A DNA stretch of 64,000 bases from Promethearchaeia archaeon (GTDB lineage: Archaea; Asgardarchaeota; Lokiarchaeia; Sigyniarchaeales; SOKP01): the NCBI GenBank assembly GCA_029856125.1, contig JAHQWJ010000120.1, positions 1 to 64,000 of the forward strand, given 5' to 3'. How positions within the stretch are numbered: the stretch's first letter is position 1; every line of letters begins with the position of its first letter. The translations under genes were made by a program, and so were the position numbers. A model generated the notes under the pieces. That model was not told the origin of the DNA and did not search any database. It saw nothing but the letters and a program-made list of their open reading frames with translations. This document shows, piece by piece, positions 36,697 through 45,756 of this stretch.

Positions 36697-37779
36697 TTAT
36701 TTTTCTAAGTAATCAGGAACGAAATCAAAATATTCTTCTACTAGCGTTCTCGCCTTTTTAAATCTACTAACTTCATACATACCGCCAAAATGAGACTTGA
36801 ATTTATCAATGAACTCAGAATTGAACTTCTTAAGTCCATAACGCAAAGATTTAGATGATTTTGTTGTAACCAAAACAGAAGCAACCGGAAAATTCTTATT
36901 GTGTTCAATTAAAAGGACTGCTCGGTCCATTTTGATTTCCCGTACTTCCCCTTTCTTTAATAATTCGTCTAAAATGCTACCCACTGCTTGGAGTACCATA
37001 GTAAAGACATTCTCGTCTATTACTCTCAATTTTGCCCAATCGTGTTTAAATAATCCAATGCCCGCATTCGTCTCAACAACCAAAAGTCGATAAGCTTTAA
37101 AGGGAAGGATATAAATGATTTTAGGTTCTTTCCATATAACTATAATTGTAAATAATGCTCCTAAGCTATGAGTTATAAAACCTAATGAATTGAACATTTT
37201 AATAAAAGTTCCTAAAAAATACAGCGTTGCCGTGACAAATGAAAATAGAATGCTGCCAAACAACAAAAAGTTGACAAGTTGTTTTAGTTCACTCGGAGCT
37301 CTTTTCCAAGTGAGAAAACTCCAACTAAAATAGGTAATTACGTAATAAAAGAGGAAAATAATCTGAACAATTCTAAGAGCGCCAACAATATGGACGCCAT
37401 AACCAGGTATAATTAGCATACCTCCAGGCGTAATATATAAGTATAGCATTATAATCTCAATTAAAAGCACAATCGTAATCTTAACTGAACTCACGCGTTC
37501 TTTTTTAATTAGGTCTATGAATATAAAAAGACAGGGAACGCCAATTATTTGTGGAATAATCGCAAGAGTCATTAGTAGGGGTGAATAAAAAAGATGCGAG
37601 GCTGCGTCTAAAGCCCAAAAAAAAGATTGTAATAACCAATTTGCTGAAAATAAATACACTAATCGATTTTTTCTTTTTTTCGCGTAAGAAAATGAAAGCA
37701 AAAATCCAATAATGTTCAACACACCTGCTACTGATGCAGATGTTACTAATAAGATATTATCAAAACTAATCATTTTCAC
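36697..37779 (-). CDS. 7TM membrane protein fused to a C-terminal longin-like domain (paralog 1)
   Basis: Seven hydrophobic segments in aa ~5-216, then YRLLVVETNAGIGLFKHDW...VREIKMDRAVLLI...LKKFNSEFIDKF...FDFVP. Confidence 0.78.
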   Translation of the reverse strand: MKMISFDNILLVTSASVAGVLNIIGFLLSFSYAKKRKNRLVYLFSANWLLQSFFWALDAASHLFYSPLLMTLAIIPQIIGVPCLFIFIDLIKKERVSSVKITIVLLIEIIMLYLYITPGGMLIIPGYGVHIVGALRIVQIIFLFYYVITYFSWSFLTWKRAPSELKQLVNFLLFGSILFSFVTATLYFLGTFIKMFNSLGFITHSLGALFTIIVIWKEPKIIYILPFKAYRLLVVETNAGIGLFKHDWAKLRVIDENVFTMVLQAVGSILDELLKKGEVREIKMDRAVLLIEHNKNFPVASVLVTTKSSKSLRYGLKKFNSEFIDKFKSHFGGMYEVSRFKKARTLVEEYFDFVPDYLEK

Positions 37780-37801
37780 CTTCTTTCAATCAAGTTTTTG
37801 T

Positions 37802-38884
37802 TTATATAATTTCACTTTTATAACTTGGGACAAAACCGAATACCTGTTCAACTATTTTTGAACCCTCGACGAAATCACTAACTTTTCGTGAATCTTCTAA
37901 AGTCTTTTGAAATTGTGTAACAAATTCTTCGTTAAATCTCTTTAATCCATATCTCAACGATTTCGAAGATTTAGAGGCGATTAAAACAGATGCAATAGAA
38001 TTCTCGTTGTTGTGGTTGATAAGAATTACAGCTCGATCCATTTGGATTTCTTGGACATCACCTTTTTTTAAGATATCATCTAGAACACTTCCAATAGCTT
38101 GGATCATCATAGTAAAGATATTTTCCTCAACTTCTCCTGCTTTTGCCCAATCATATTTAAACAAGGCCACGCTTGCTATCGTGTCAACTACTAAAATACG
38201 ATAAGCCTTAAAAGGCAAGATATAAATAATTCTGGGATCTTTTAAGATAACCAAAATAGTGATGAACGCTCCAATTCCATTAACAAAGAACCCTATAGCA
38301 TTAAATACTTTTATAAGTGAGCCTATTGCATACAGTACCCCTGTTACAATTGAAAAAATAGTGCTGCCAAATAGCAAATAACTTGTTAAGCGTTTTAAAT
38401 CCGCAGGAGCCTTACGCCAGGTATGAAAACTCCATAAAACATAAAAAATCATGAAGTAGAAGAGGTAGATAATTTGCACTATACGAAGTATGCCTTTATT
38501 ATGAATGCCATATCCAGGAATGATTTCCCAATTATTTGGTACGTAAAAAGTGACGAGAAAAACTAAAGCTTCGATAATCATAAGTATTGAAAATTTAACT
38601 GGACTAACATGCTCTTTTGTGCTAAGTTCGATAAAAATGATAATACACGGAACTCCTATCAGTTGTGGAACAATTGCTAAGGCCATTAGTGGTATTGAGT
38701 AAAGATAATGAGCTGCAGCATCTATAAACCAAAAAACAGCATACATTAACCACATTGCGGAAAATAAGAAAATAAGCCGATTTTTATTTTTAAAAGCATA
38801 AATGAATGTAATAATACCTCCAATTGCTACTAATGTCCCCGTTATTAAGGTCGATAATACGAGCAGTAAATTTTCAATACTCAT
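37802..38884 (-). CDS. 7TM membrane protein fused to a C-terminal longin-like domain (paralog 2)
   Basis: Same length (360 aa) and colinear with 36697-37779; shared IIPGYG, IIYILPFKAYR and SSKSLRYGLK blocks. Confidence 0.78.
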   Translation of the reverse strand: MSIENLLLVLSTLITGTLVAIGGIITFIYAFKNKNRLIFLFSAMWLMYAVFWFIDAAAHYLYSIPLMALAIVPQLIGVPCIIIFIELSTKEHVSPVKFSILMIIEALVFLVTFYVPNNWEIIPGYGIHNKGILRIVQIIYLFYFMIFYVLWSFHTWRKAPADLKRLTSYLLFGSTIFSIVTGVLYAIGSLIKVFNAIGFFVNGIGAFITILVILKDPRIIYILPFKAYRILVVDTIASVALFKYDWAKAGEVEENIFTMMIQAIGSVLDDILKKGDVQEIQMDRAVILINHNNENSIASVLIASKSSKSLRYGLKRFNEEFVTQFQKTLEDSRKVSDFVEGSKIVEQVFGFVPSYKSEII

Positions 38885-39334
38885 TATAATTTTTTTTTAT
38901 ATTTTTTGGCGCTTTACTAATCATTGTTCTTCAGGAAAGAACTTTGCGAGGACTTAAAACATAACTGATCTCTAATTAAATAAATATTGTTTTATTCCTA
39001 TTTAAAAGATTATTCATTATTGTAAATATTTCCTTTAAAATGTCGCAAATCATTAAAAAATTTAAATGAATATATCCAGAAAAAGATATAAAATGTAAGT
39101 TTTGGGTTATTTTTTATTTTACTAAAAGAGCCGCTCTATTCTATTATTATTAAACAGTCCAGCTCTAATTCAAGATTCCAATTAAATTACATTTTTGTAA
39201 ACTAAATATGTAAATTTGCTAATATAATTATTAACAAAACATGAAACAGAAGAGAGTGAAATATTATAACATTAACGAAGCAAAAAGAAATAGATGTAAA
39301 CCACAATGGTGGAATATTACTAGAGAATAAAAGA

Positions 39335-39493
39335 ATGAAAAAATTGTTGAGATACTGTAAGGAAAGGCAATCGCGAGCTTCCTGGACTCCAGAGATGAAG
39401 TTTAATGAATGTAAACATTCTATCTTTAGATTTTATCCAGAAAAGTACATGATTATCGACGGAAGATGTTATAATTTTTCATGTTTGGGCTAA
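39335..39493 (+). CDS. Possible 52-aa protein with four Cys
   Basis: Manual translation MKKLLRYCKERQSRASWTPEMKFNECKHSIFRFYPEKYMIIDGRCYNFSCLG; no family recognised. Confidence 0.3.
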   Translation: MKKLLRYCKERQSRASWTPEMKFNECKHSIFRFYPEKYMIIDGRCYNFSCLG

Positions 39494-39569
39494 TTGAGGA
39501 TGAGGGCGTCTCAAATAAATTAGAATCCATAAAGGCTCCAAGACTCTAATCAAAATTTAATTTTCAAAA

Positions 39570-39761
39570 CTAAATATGTACTGCTACTGATAGCATAATA
39601 ACGAATACGAAAAGAATAAGTGAGTATATTAAGTATGCTCTACATGCTGAAAATGACGTAGTCAAAATTTGGCTACCACTTCTAAGAGCGAGGTTAATAA
39701 GGGTTGTGGGCGAAGTTAACTTTATTAATTTTACAAGCTTGTTTTTTTCGATTCGTGCCAA
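39570..39761 (-). CDS. Possible small protein with C-terminal hydrophobic helix
   Basis: TTG-start ORF in otherwise empty region; YLIYSLILFVFVIMLSVAV tail. Confidence 0.3.
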   Translation of the reverse strand: MARIEKNKLVKLIKLTSPTTLINLALRSGSQILTTSFSACRAYLIYSLILFVFVIMLSVAVHI

Positions 39762-39858
39762 TTAGATTGTGAATTGGATTTTTTTTATTTCCTAGCTTAA
39801 TATTTCTAAATAATGTCATATTATATTTCATTAAGTTTATAGAAATTATAAATTACAG

Positions 39859-40221
39859 ATGGGATTAGTGACTACTGAAGAGAATATCATTTGGCACAAA
39901 TGTATAAATTGTGGCTTGTTGCAACATAACACTCATCTAAGATGTTTAAAATGTAAGAACGATGATTTTGAGATTATTGAAGCTTCAGGCACATGCAAAC
40001 TACTCACTTATACAATCTTAAAAGCACCCCCTGCTGAATTTCGAGATAAGGCGTCCTATGCTCTTGGAGTTGTGGAATTTAAAAATGGTGTAAAAGGACT
40101 CGGTCAATTAACAACTCAAAATAATTTATACACAGGAATGACATTAAAACCAATTTATCGAAAAATTTGCGAAAACTTAGACGGAAAGGAAGTATATACT
40201 TATGTGTTTGAACCAGTTTAA
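39859..40221 (+). CDS. DUF35 zinc-ribbon/OB-fold acyl-CoA-binding protein (thiolase partner)
   Basis: KCINCG...RCLKC, LLTYTI...PPAEF...YALGVVEF..G. Confidence 0.88.
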   Translation: MGLVTTEENIIWHKCINCGLLQHNTHLRCLKCKNDDFEIIEASGTCKLLTYTILKAPPAEFRDKASYALGVVEFKNGVKGLGQLTTQNNLYTGMTLKPIYRKICENLDGKEVYTYVFEPV

Positions 40222-40251
40222 TTAGGTAATTAGTTCTTAGGAGGAAATAAG

Positions 40252-41928
40252 ATGTTTACAGATGAAGAACTTGATAAAATTGAAAATAAGAGGAAAGAGT
40301 GGGAAGAACAAACCTTAAATAAGTTTACTGAAAGAGGAGAGAGGAAAGATAGCTACGAATCTCCTTCAGGAATTCCTTTGAAACCTGTATATGGACCTGA
40401 AGATATCCAGAATCTTAATTATTTAGAGGATCTTGGATTTCCTGGAACTCCACCTTTTACGAGGGGGGTGTATCCAAATATGTATCGTGGTCGTATCTGG
40501 ACTATGCGACAATATGGGGGGTTTGCAGATGCTACTAAAACAAATGAGCGATTTAAATATTTAATATCACAAGGTCAAAAAGGGCTTTCAATTGCATTTG
40601 ATTTACCAACTCAGATGGGGTACAACAGTAATCATAATATTTGCTTAGGGGAAGTAGGAAGAGTTGGTGTAACTGTTAATTCATTGAGAGATTTTGAACA
40701 AGTATTTGAGGGAATTCCTTTGGATAAGGTTTCAACCAGTATGACTATAAATGCTCCTACATCAGTATTATTAGCAATGTATATTGCCGTAGGTGAGAAA
40801 CAAGGAGTAAATCCAGAAAAATTGACTGGTACTGTTCAAAACGATATTCTAAAGGAATATGTTGCTAGAGGAACTTATATTTTTCCTCCAAAACCTTCTT
40901 TAAGATTAGTGGCAGATGTAATTGAATATTGTTCAAAAAATTTACCCCGTTTTAATACAATTAGTATCAGTGGGTATCATATGCGCGAGGCAGGCTGTAA
41001 CGCTATCCATGAAATTGCGTTCACTCTAGCGGATGGAATCGCCTATGTTGAAGAAGTCCTTAATAGAGGAGTGGACATTGATGATTTTGCAACACGATTA
41101 TCTTTCTTTTTTACTACTCATAACAACTTTTTTGAAGAAATTGCTAAGTTGAGAGCAGCTAGGAAGCTTTGGGCAAAAATTATGAAAGAACGGTTTCACG
41201 CTAAGAATCCAAATTCTTTAAGACTGCGATTTCACACACAGACGGCTGGAGTTACACTAACAGCTCAACAACCTAATGTTAACATTGTAAGAGTAGCTCT
41301 TCAAGCACTTGCAGCAATATTAGGTGGGACGCAATCACTCCATACTTGTGGTGCGGATGAAGCTTTAGCTATCCCAACGGAAGATTCTGTAAGGTTATCG
41401 TTACGAACTCAACAGGTACTAGCGTATGAATCGGGGGTCACTGATGTTGTAGACCCTCTCGGAGGATCGTATTACATCGAGTATCTTACTTCACAGCTGG
41501 AAAAAAAAGCCTTAGAATATATTGAAAAAATAGATAAGATGGGTGGTATAACTAAAGCAATTGAAACGGCTTTTATCCAACGAGAAATCCAAAATAATGC
41601 TTACAACGACCAAATAAAAATTGAAAATGGTGATAACACTATTATTGGTGTAAATTCATATTGTACTGATGAAGAATGTAAAATTGATACGTTTAAACAT
41701 GATAAAGGCGAAGAAGAAAGGATTATTAAGAGTTTATTCAAGCTAAAAACAGAACGAAACGAAGAATCTGTTAAAGCAAAATTAACGAAACTAAAACAAG
41801 TTGCATTGAGTGGTGATAATATTATGCCGGTAATGATCGAAACAGTGAAAATTTATGCCACAATTCAGGAAATTTGTGATGTGTTAAGAGAAGTATTCGG
41901 AGTATATGATAGTCCTCAAGTGTTTTAA
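40252..41928 (+). CDS. Methylmalonyl-CoA mutase-family large (substrate-binding) subunit
   Basis: PFTRGVYPNMYRGRIWTMRQYGGF, FDLPTQ, QNDILKEY, ISGYH; GGAGG RBS; no B12-binding domain. Confidence 0.92.
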   Translation: MFTDEELDKIENKRKEWEEQTLNKFTERGERKDSYESPSGIPLKPVYGPEDIQNLNYLEDLGFPGTPPFTRGVYPNMYRGRIWTMRQYGGFADATKTNERFKYLISQGQKGLSIAFDLPTQMGYNSNHNICLGEVGRVGVTVNSLRDFEQVFEGIPLDKVSTSMTINAPTSVLLAMYIAVGEKQGVNPEKLTGTVQNDILKEYVARGTYIFPPKPSLRLVADVIEYCSKNLPRFNTISISGYHMREAGCNAIHEIAFTLADGIAYVEEVLNRGVDIDDFATRLSFFFTTHNNFFEEIAKLRAARKLWAKIMKERFHAKNPNSLRLRFHTQTAGVTLTAQQPNVNIVRVALQALAAILGGTQSLHTCGADEALAIPTEDSVRLSLRTQQVLAYESGVTDVVDPLGGSYYIEYLTSQLEKKALEYIEKIDKMGGITKAIETAFIQREIQNNAYNDQIKIENGDNTIIGVNSYCTDEECKIDTFKHDKGEEERIIKSLFKLKTERNEESVKAKLTKLKQVALSGDNIMPVMIETVKIYATIQEICDVLREVFGVYDSPQVF

Positions 41929-42037
41929 TCCATAAGTCATAGTATAATAGAGTTTTCTTACAAAAATGTAAAAACTTATATTTCTAATTATAATATATTT
42001 TAGTACATCCAATTTTAAAGTAAGGGTGAAAATTGCA

Positions 42038-42346
42038 ATGTTGTTTATTATATATTATGAATTAGATTCTAATTTAGATCCAGCAGATATGCTCACTGCT
42101 TATCAAAAAATCCAAGAAGCTGAAGTGGAATTTGAAAAATGGGAAACAAAAGGCTGGTACATAACTCCAGAAGATTGGGGTGTCGCTATAGTAGAATGCG
42201 ATAGCGTGGATGATATGATGAAAAACTCATATCAATGGAAATTAGCACTACCAGGTTTTTTTACAAAATATAATGTCTCCCCCGTTGCAGAAGTAGAGCA
42301 AGCAGTTCCAGTGCTGGCCAAAATGATGAGAAAATTTAAAAAATAA
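42038..42346 (+). CDS. DUF3303-like small protein (ORF track start 42026)
   Basis: MLFIIYY...GWY......GVAIVECDS.....W.........VSPV pattern. Confidence 0.65.
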   Translation: MLFIIYYELDSNLDPADMLTAYQKIQEAEVEFEKWETKGWYITPEDWGVAIVECDSVDDMMKNSYQWKLALPGFFTKYNVSPVAEVEQAVPVLAKMMRKFKK

Positions 42347-42438
42347 ATAATTTCAGAGATAAAAATATTTGTGAGTTTTTAGAACTCAGCTGAAAAGTAT
42401 TTTTTCTCCTTTTTTTTCTATATTGGTCCTCAAATGAT

Positions 42439-43866
42439 TTAAGATTTCTTTTTATAATATTCTGATATTTTTGGTAATAACGCCAGAAATTCTTGTGGAT
42501 CTCCAAAAATGGGGATTTTTTTTTCTTTAACTTTTGTGAGAAACTTGCTAACTGCTTTCGGACGAGTAAGATGTTGCGTAATTAAAATTAGTGGTTTGCT
42601 GTGTTTATGTCCAAGAGCTAGACTCTCAAAAACAGTATTGAAAAATTTCTTACTATCTTTTATCCTAGGAGGTAAGGTGAGATAAAATCCTGGTAAATCC
42701 ATAACGAGTCCATCAATGATCTTATCTGACAATACTATATCAATAACTTCTTTAACGATCTTAATAGCAAAAAATTGAGCTGCAAAATCGAGTGGGTTAT
42801 TAGGACTAGTACCAGCCATAAAAAACTTCTTTGAAATCTCACGTTGTATTTCAGGGGAAAACGGAGGGACTCCCAAGCCTACTTTTTCAATTAAATCGGC
42901 TAAAACTACCCCATAACCTCCAGAAATACTTATTAAGGCTAAATTTCGTAGCTTAAAACTACCATAACAATCAATTAAACGAGCTGTATGAAGTAATTGT
43001 TCTAAAGAGTCAACTTCGATAATATTATATTGGAGAAAGAAATTTTTCCATATTTTGTTATTACCTGATATTGAAGCTGTGTGAGTTTTAGCTGCAACTG
43101 CTCCGCTTTCACTCTTTCCGCCTTTTAGAACTATTATCGGTTTGGTGTTATTCTTAAGAATTGCTTTTAGAGTATCTATCCGCCCTTCTTTAATTCCTTC
43201 GAGATAACATAGAATAATTTCTGTTTCTGGATCATGTATTAAAAAAGAGAGAAGGTCAACAAAATCTAGATCAGCTCCATTTCCAAAGGAAAAAACTTTT
43301 GAAAAATGAATACCTAATTCAAGGGAGGAATAGATAGCAATGTTGCATATTCCTCCAGATTGAGCAATAAATCCAACATTTCCCCGATCTGATGGGAACC
43401 CTGGACGCCAAGCGACCCCTATCTTAGGATAAAATAGCCCTAATCCATTTGGTCCTAAAAATCTTACTTTATTTTGGGCTCTTTTCAACAGTTCTTTTTC
43501 TAATTCAACACCCTTTTCTGTTCCAGCATCTGAAAACTCTGAAGTAAAAACCGTAACCAATTTTACCCCTTTTTCTACGCACTCGTCCATCACTTCCAAT
43601 ACTTTATTTGCTGGAATTGCGATAAATGCGAAATCTATTGCTTCTGGGATATCGAGGATGGAAGTGTAAATATTTTCTTTTGGAAAATTAGGTATCTCTT
43701 CAGCACTAGGATGTACAGCGTAGATATTTCCTTTAAACATGTATTGGTGATTTCTTAAAAAGAAATAATCTCTCTTTTTTGAGGCTCCAATGACAGCAAT
43801 AGATCTAATATTATTAATAAAAGATACATCTTTTAAATCGATGTCCTTATTCTCTACGGTCTCCAT
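42439..43866 (-). CDS. ADP-forming acyl-CoA synthetase alpha-like (CoA-binding) subunit
   Basis: VIGAS, LGPNGLG, AQSGG, THTASISG, SGGYG, NPLD. Confidence 0.85.
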   Translation of the reverse strand: METVENKDIDLKDVSFINNIRSIAVIGASKKRDYFFLRNHQYMFKGNIYAVHPSAEEIPNFPKENIYTSILDIPEAIDFAFIAIPANKVLEVMDECVEKGVKLVTVFTSEFSDAGTEKGVELEKELLKRAQNKVRFLGPNGLGLFYPKIGVAWRPGFPSDRGNVGFIAQSGGICNIAIYSSLELGIHFSKVFSFGNGADLDFVDLLSFLIHDPETEIILCYLEGIKEGRIDTLKAILKNNTKPIIVLKGGKSESGAVAAKTHTASISGNNKIWKNFFLQYNIIEVDSLEQLLHTARLIDCYGSFKLRNLALISISGGYGVVLADLIEKVGLGVPPFSPEIQREISKKFFMAGTSPNNPLDFAAQFFAIKIVKEVIDIVLSDKIIDGLVMDLPGFYLTLPPRIKDSKKFFNTVFESLALGHKHSKPLILITQHLTRPKAVSKFLTKVKEKKIPIFGDPQEFLALLPKISEYYKKKS

Positions 43867-43941
43867 TATTATTTTAAAATTAAAGATGAGATTAATAGTT
43901 TATAAAAAAATGAAATGTTAAATAGAAAAAAGAACTTAAGT

Positions 43942-44652
43942 CTAGCTTCTGAAAATTTCATTCAGTAGTTTCTGGATAAAATCGTCAAATTTTTCCTGTT
44001 GATATTCTACCCCTAAAAAAGGTTTTATCAGTAGTGGAATCTCGGAGGGATTTACAAATACTGGCAGAAGTCTAATTCTTTCTTCTTGACTTAATTGTAT
44101 TGCCGCTCCCCTCTCTAATTTAACTGATTTTGAATCTCTAGAATGTTGAGAACAAAATAATATAAAGACTTTTGATTTTTCCAAATTATCCTCCATATAT
44201 TCTATAATATTTTGACCGCTATCTTTTTCCCAGTAGTAGACATTAGTTATTTCTGGATGAGCTTCTAATTTTTTGGCAATCTCTTTAATTCTATAGAAAT
44301 CTGTATCTACAGTTGAATAACTCAGAAAGATATTAAAATCAAGTTTAGTTCCTGTTACTGCAGCTTTTACGATTCGAGCGAATTGCTGTATTCGAACGGT
44401 AGCTTCTTCTAATGCTTGTTGATTTCCAGTTTTTAAGAATTCACCTAGTTTTCCTAATACTTTTTCCATCAATTTTGCTTCTTCGATCAATACACGATTA
44501 CTACTAGCTTTACACGCATATATCACATCGACCAACCAAAATAATTGGTCTCGAAAAAGTCTCGCCTGAGGTCTTGATTGTAATAATTTCGAAATTTTTT
44601 CCATTGATTCGTCCATTTGATATGAGTTCTTTTCCATAATTAATGATTGCAC
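43942..44652 (-). CDS. TIR-domain protein with N-terminal helical region (start may be ATG 44637)
   Basis: IFLSYS, FILFCSQHSRDSKSVKLERGAA, LLPVF...IPLL. Confidence 0.85.
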   Translation of the reverse strand: MQSLIMEKNSYQMDESMEKISKLLQSRPQARLFRDQLFWLVDVIYACKASSNRVLIEEAKLMEKVLGKLGEFLKTGNQQALEEATVRIQQFARIVKAAVTGTKLDFNIFLSYSTVDTDFYRIKEIAKKLEAHPEITNVYYWEKDSGQNIIEYMEDNLEKSKVFILFCSQHSRDSKSVKLERGAAIQLSQEERIRLLPVFVNPSEIPLLIKPFLGVEYQQEKFDDFIQKLLNEIFRS

Positions 44653-44744
44653 TTCATCGTTTGAAGAGATCAGAAATCTTGATACACGTAGAAAATGTAC
44701 ATTTAATATTATAAGGTTGATTATTCAATGATAGTTTTAAATTT

Positions 44745-45743
44745 TTGTTCGAATCAAGGAGTGATAATGGTTTGGAAACATGGAAGGAACAATTTACCTA
44801 TGATCCATTGATTCCTCTTATTTCGAGTAAAAATGGAGCGGTAACATATTTTACTAAACGAGATCTTTTGGAAGAAGTAGTCAAACCAATCAAAACGCTT
44901 TGGACATTACCTCCTGCTATCAAAATTATTAATAAACAACAAGAAGAAGGATATTGGAGATATTCCGCATGGAAAACTAAATTAAATGAGCCAGAAAATT
45001 ATAACCTGCTTGAAACATACAGACAATTAGGATTTCTGGTGGAAAAATACGGTTTTACCAAAGATCACAATACTATTAAAAAAGCTGCTGAGTATATTTT
45101 TTCTTGCCAAACGGATGAAGGAGATATTAGGGGATTTTATGGCACTCAATACAGCCCTAATTATACCGCAGCAACAACTGAATTGTTAATTAAAGCCGGA
45201 TATGGTAATGACCACCGCGTTAAAAAGATAATTGAATGGTTATTATCCATGCGACAAGAAGATGGGGGATGGGCCATTGCAATGAGAACGAATAACGCTA
45301 AATATCTTGATGTCGTTAAAAATCCTAATGCGTTTGAACTTAATAGAAAAAAACCTTTTTCTCATATGGTAACAGGTATAGTACTTCGAGCTTTCGCTGC
45401 CCATTCAAAATATAGAAATATTGAAACGGTGAAAGTAGCGGGTAATCTTCTATCTTCGCGGTTCTTTAAATCCGATAAATACGCCGATCGTAGAAATGTG
45501 GAATATTGGATGAAAGTATCGTTCCCATTTTGGTGGACTGATGTCGTTTCTTCGCTTGATTCTCTCTCCTATCTTGGTTTCACTATATCTCATCCACAGA
45601 TAAAAATAGCACTTGAGACATTGAGAGATAAGCAATCAGAGAGCGGAATGTGGGACATGAAATTATTAAAAACTAAAGATCAAGATCTCTCTTTATGGAT
45701 AAATTTGGCAATCTGTCGAATATTTAAGCGATTCTATTCTTGA
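44745..45743 (+). CDS. Prenyltransferase/squalene-cyclase-like alpha/alpha-barrel repeat protein
   Basis: QW-like repeats QQEEGYW, QTDEGD, RQEDGGW, QSESGMW. Confidence 0.75.
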   Translation: MFESRSDNGLETWKEQFTYDPLIPLISSKNGAVTYFTKRDLLEEVVKPIKTLWTLPPAIKIINKQQEEGYWRYSAWKTKLNEPENYNLLETYRQLGFLVEKYGFTKDHNTIKKAAEYIFSCQTDEGDIRGFYGTQYSPNYTAATTELLIKAGYGNDHRVKKIIEWLLSMRQEDGGWAIAMRTNNAKYLDVVKNPNAFELNRKKPFSHMVTGIVLRAFAAHSKYRNIETVKVAGNLLSSRFFKSDKYADRRNVEYWMKVSFPFWWTDVVSSLDSLSYLGFTISHPQIKIALETLRDKQSESGMWDMKLLKTKDQDLSLWINLAICRIFKRFYS

Positions 45744-45756
45744 TTAGATTAAGCTA

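Noticed and set aside
33937-39858. Bona fide mobile element or provirus
   Set aside because: No integrase, transposase, terminal repeats or target duplication visible
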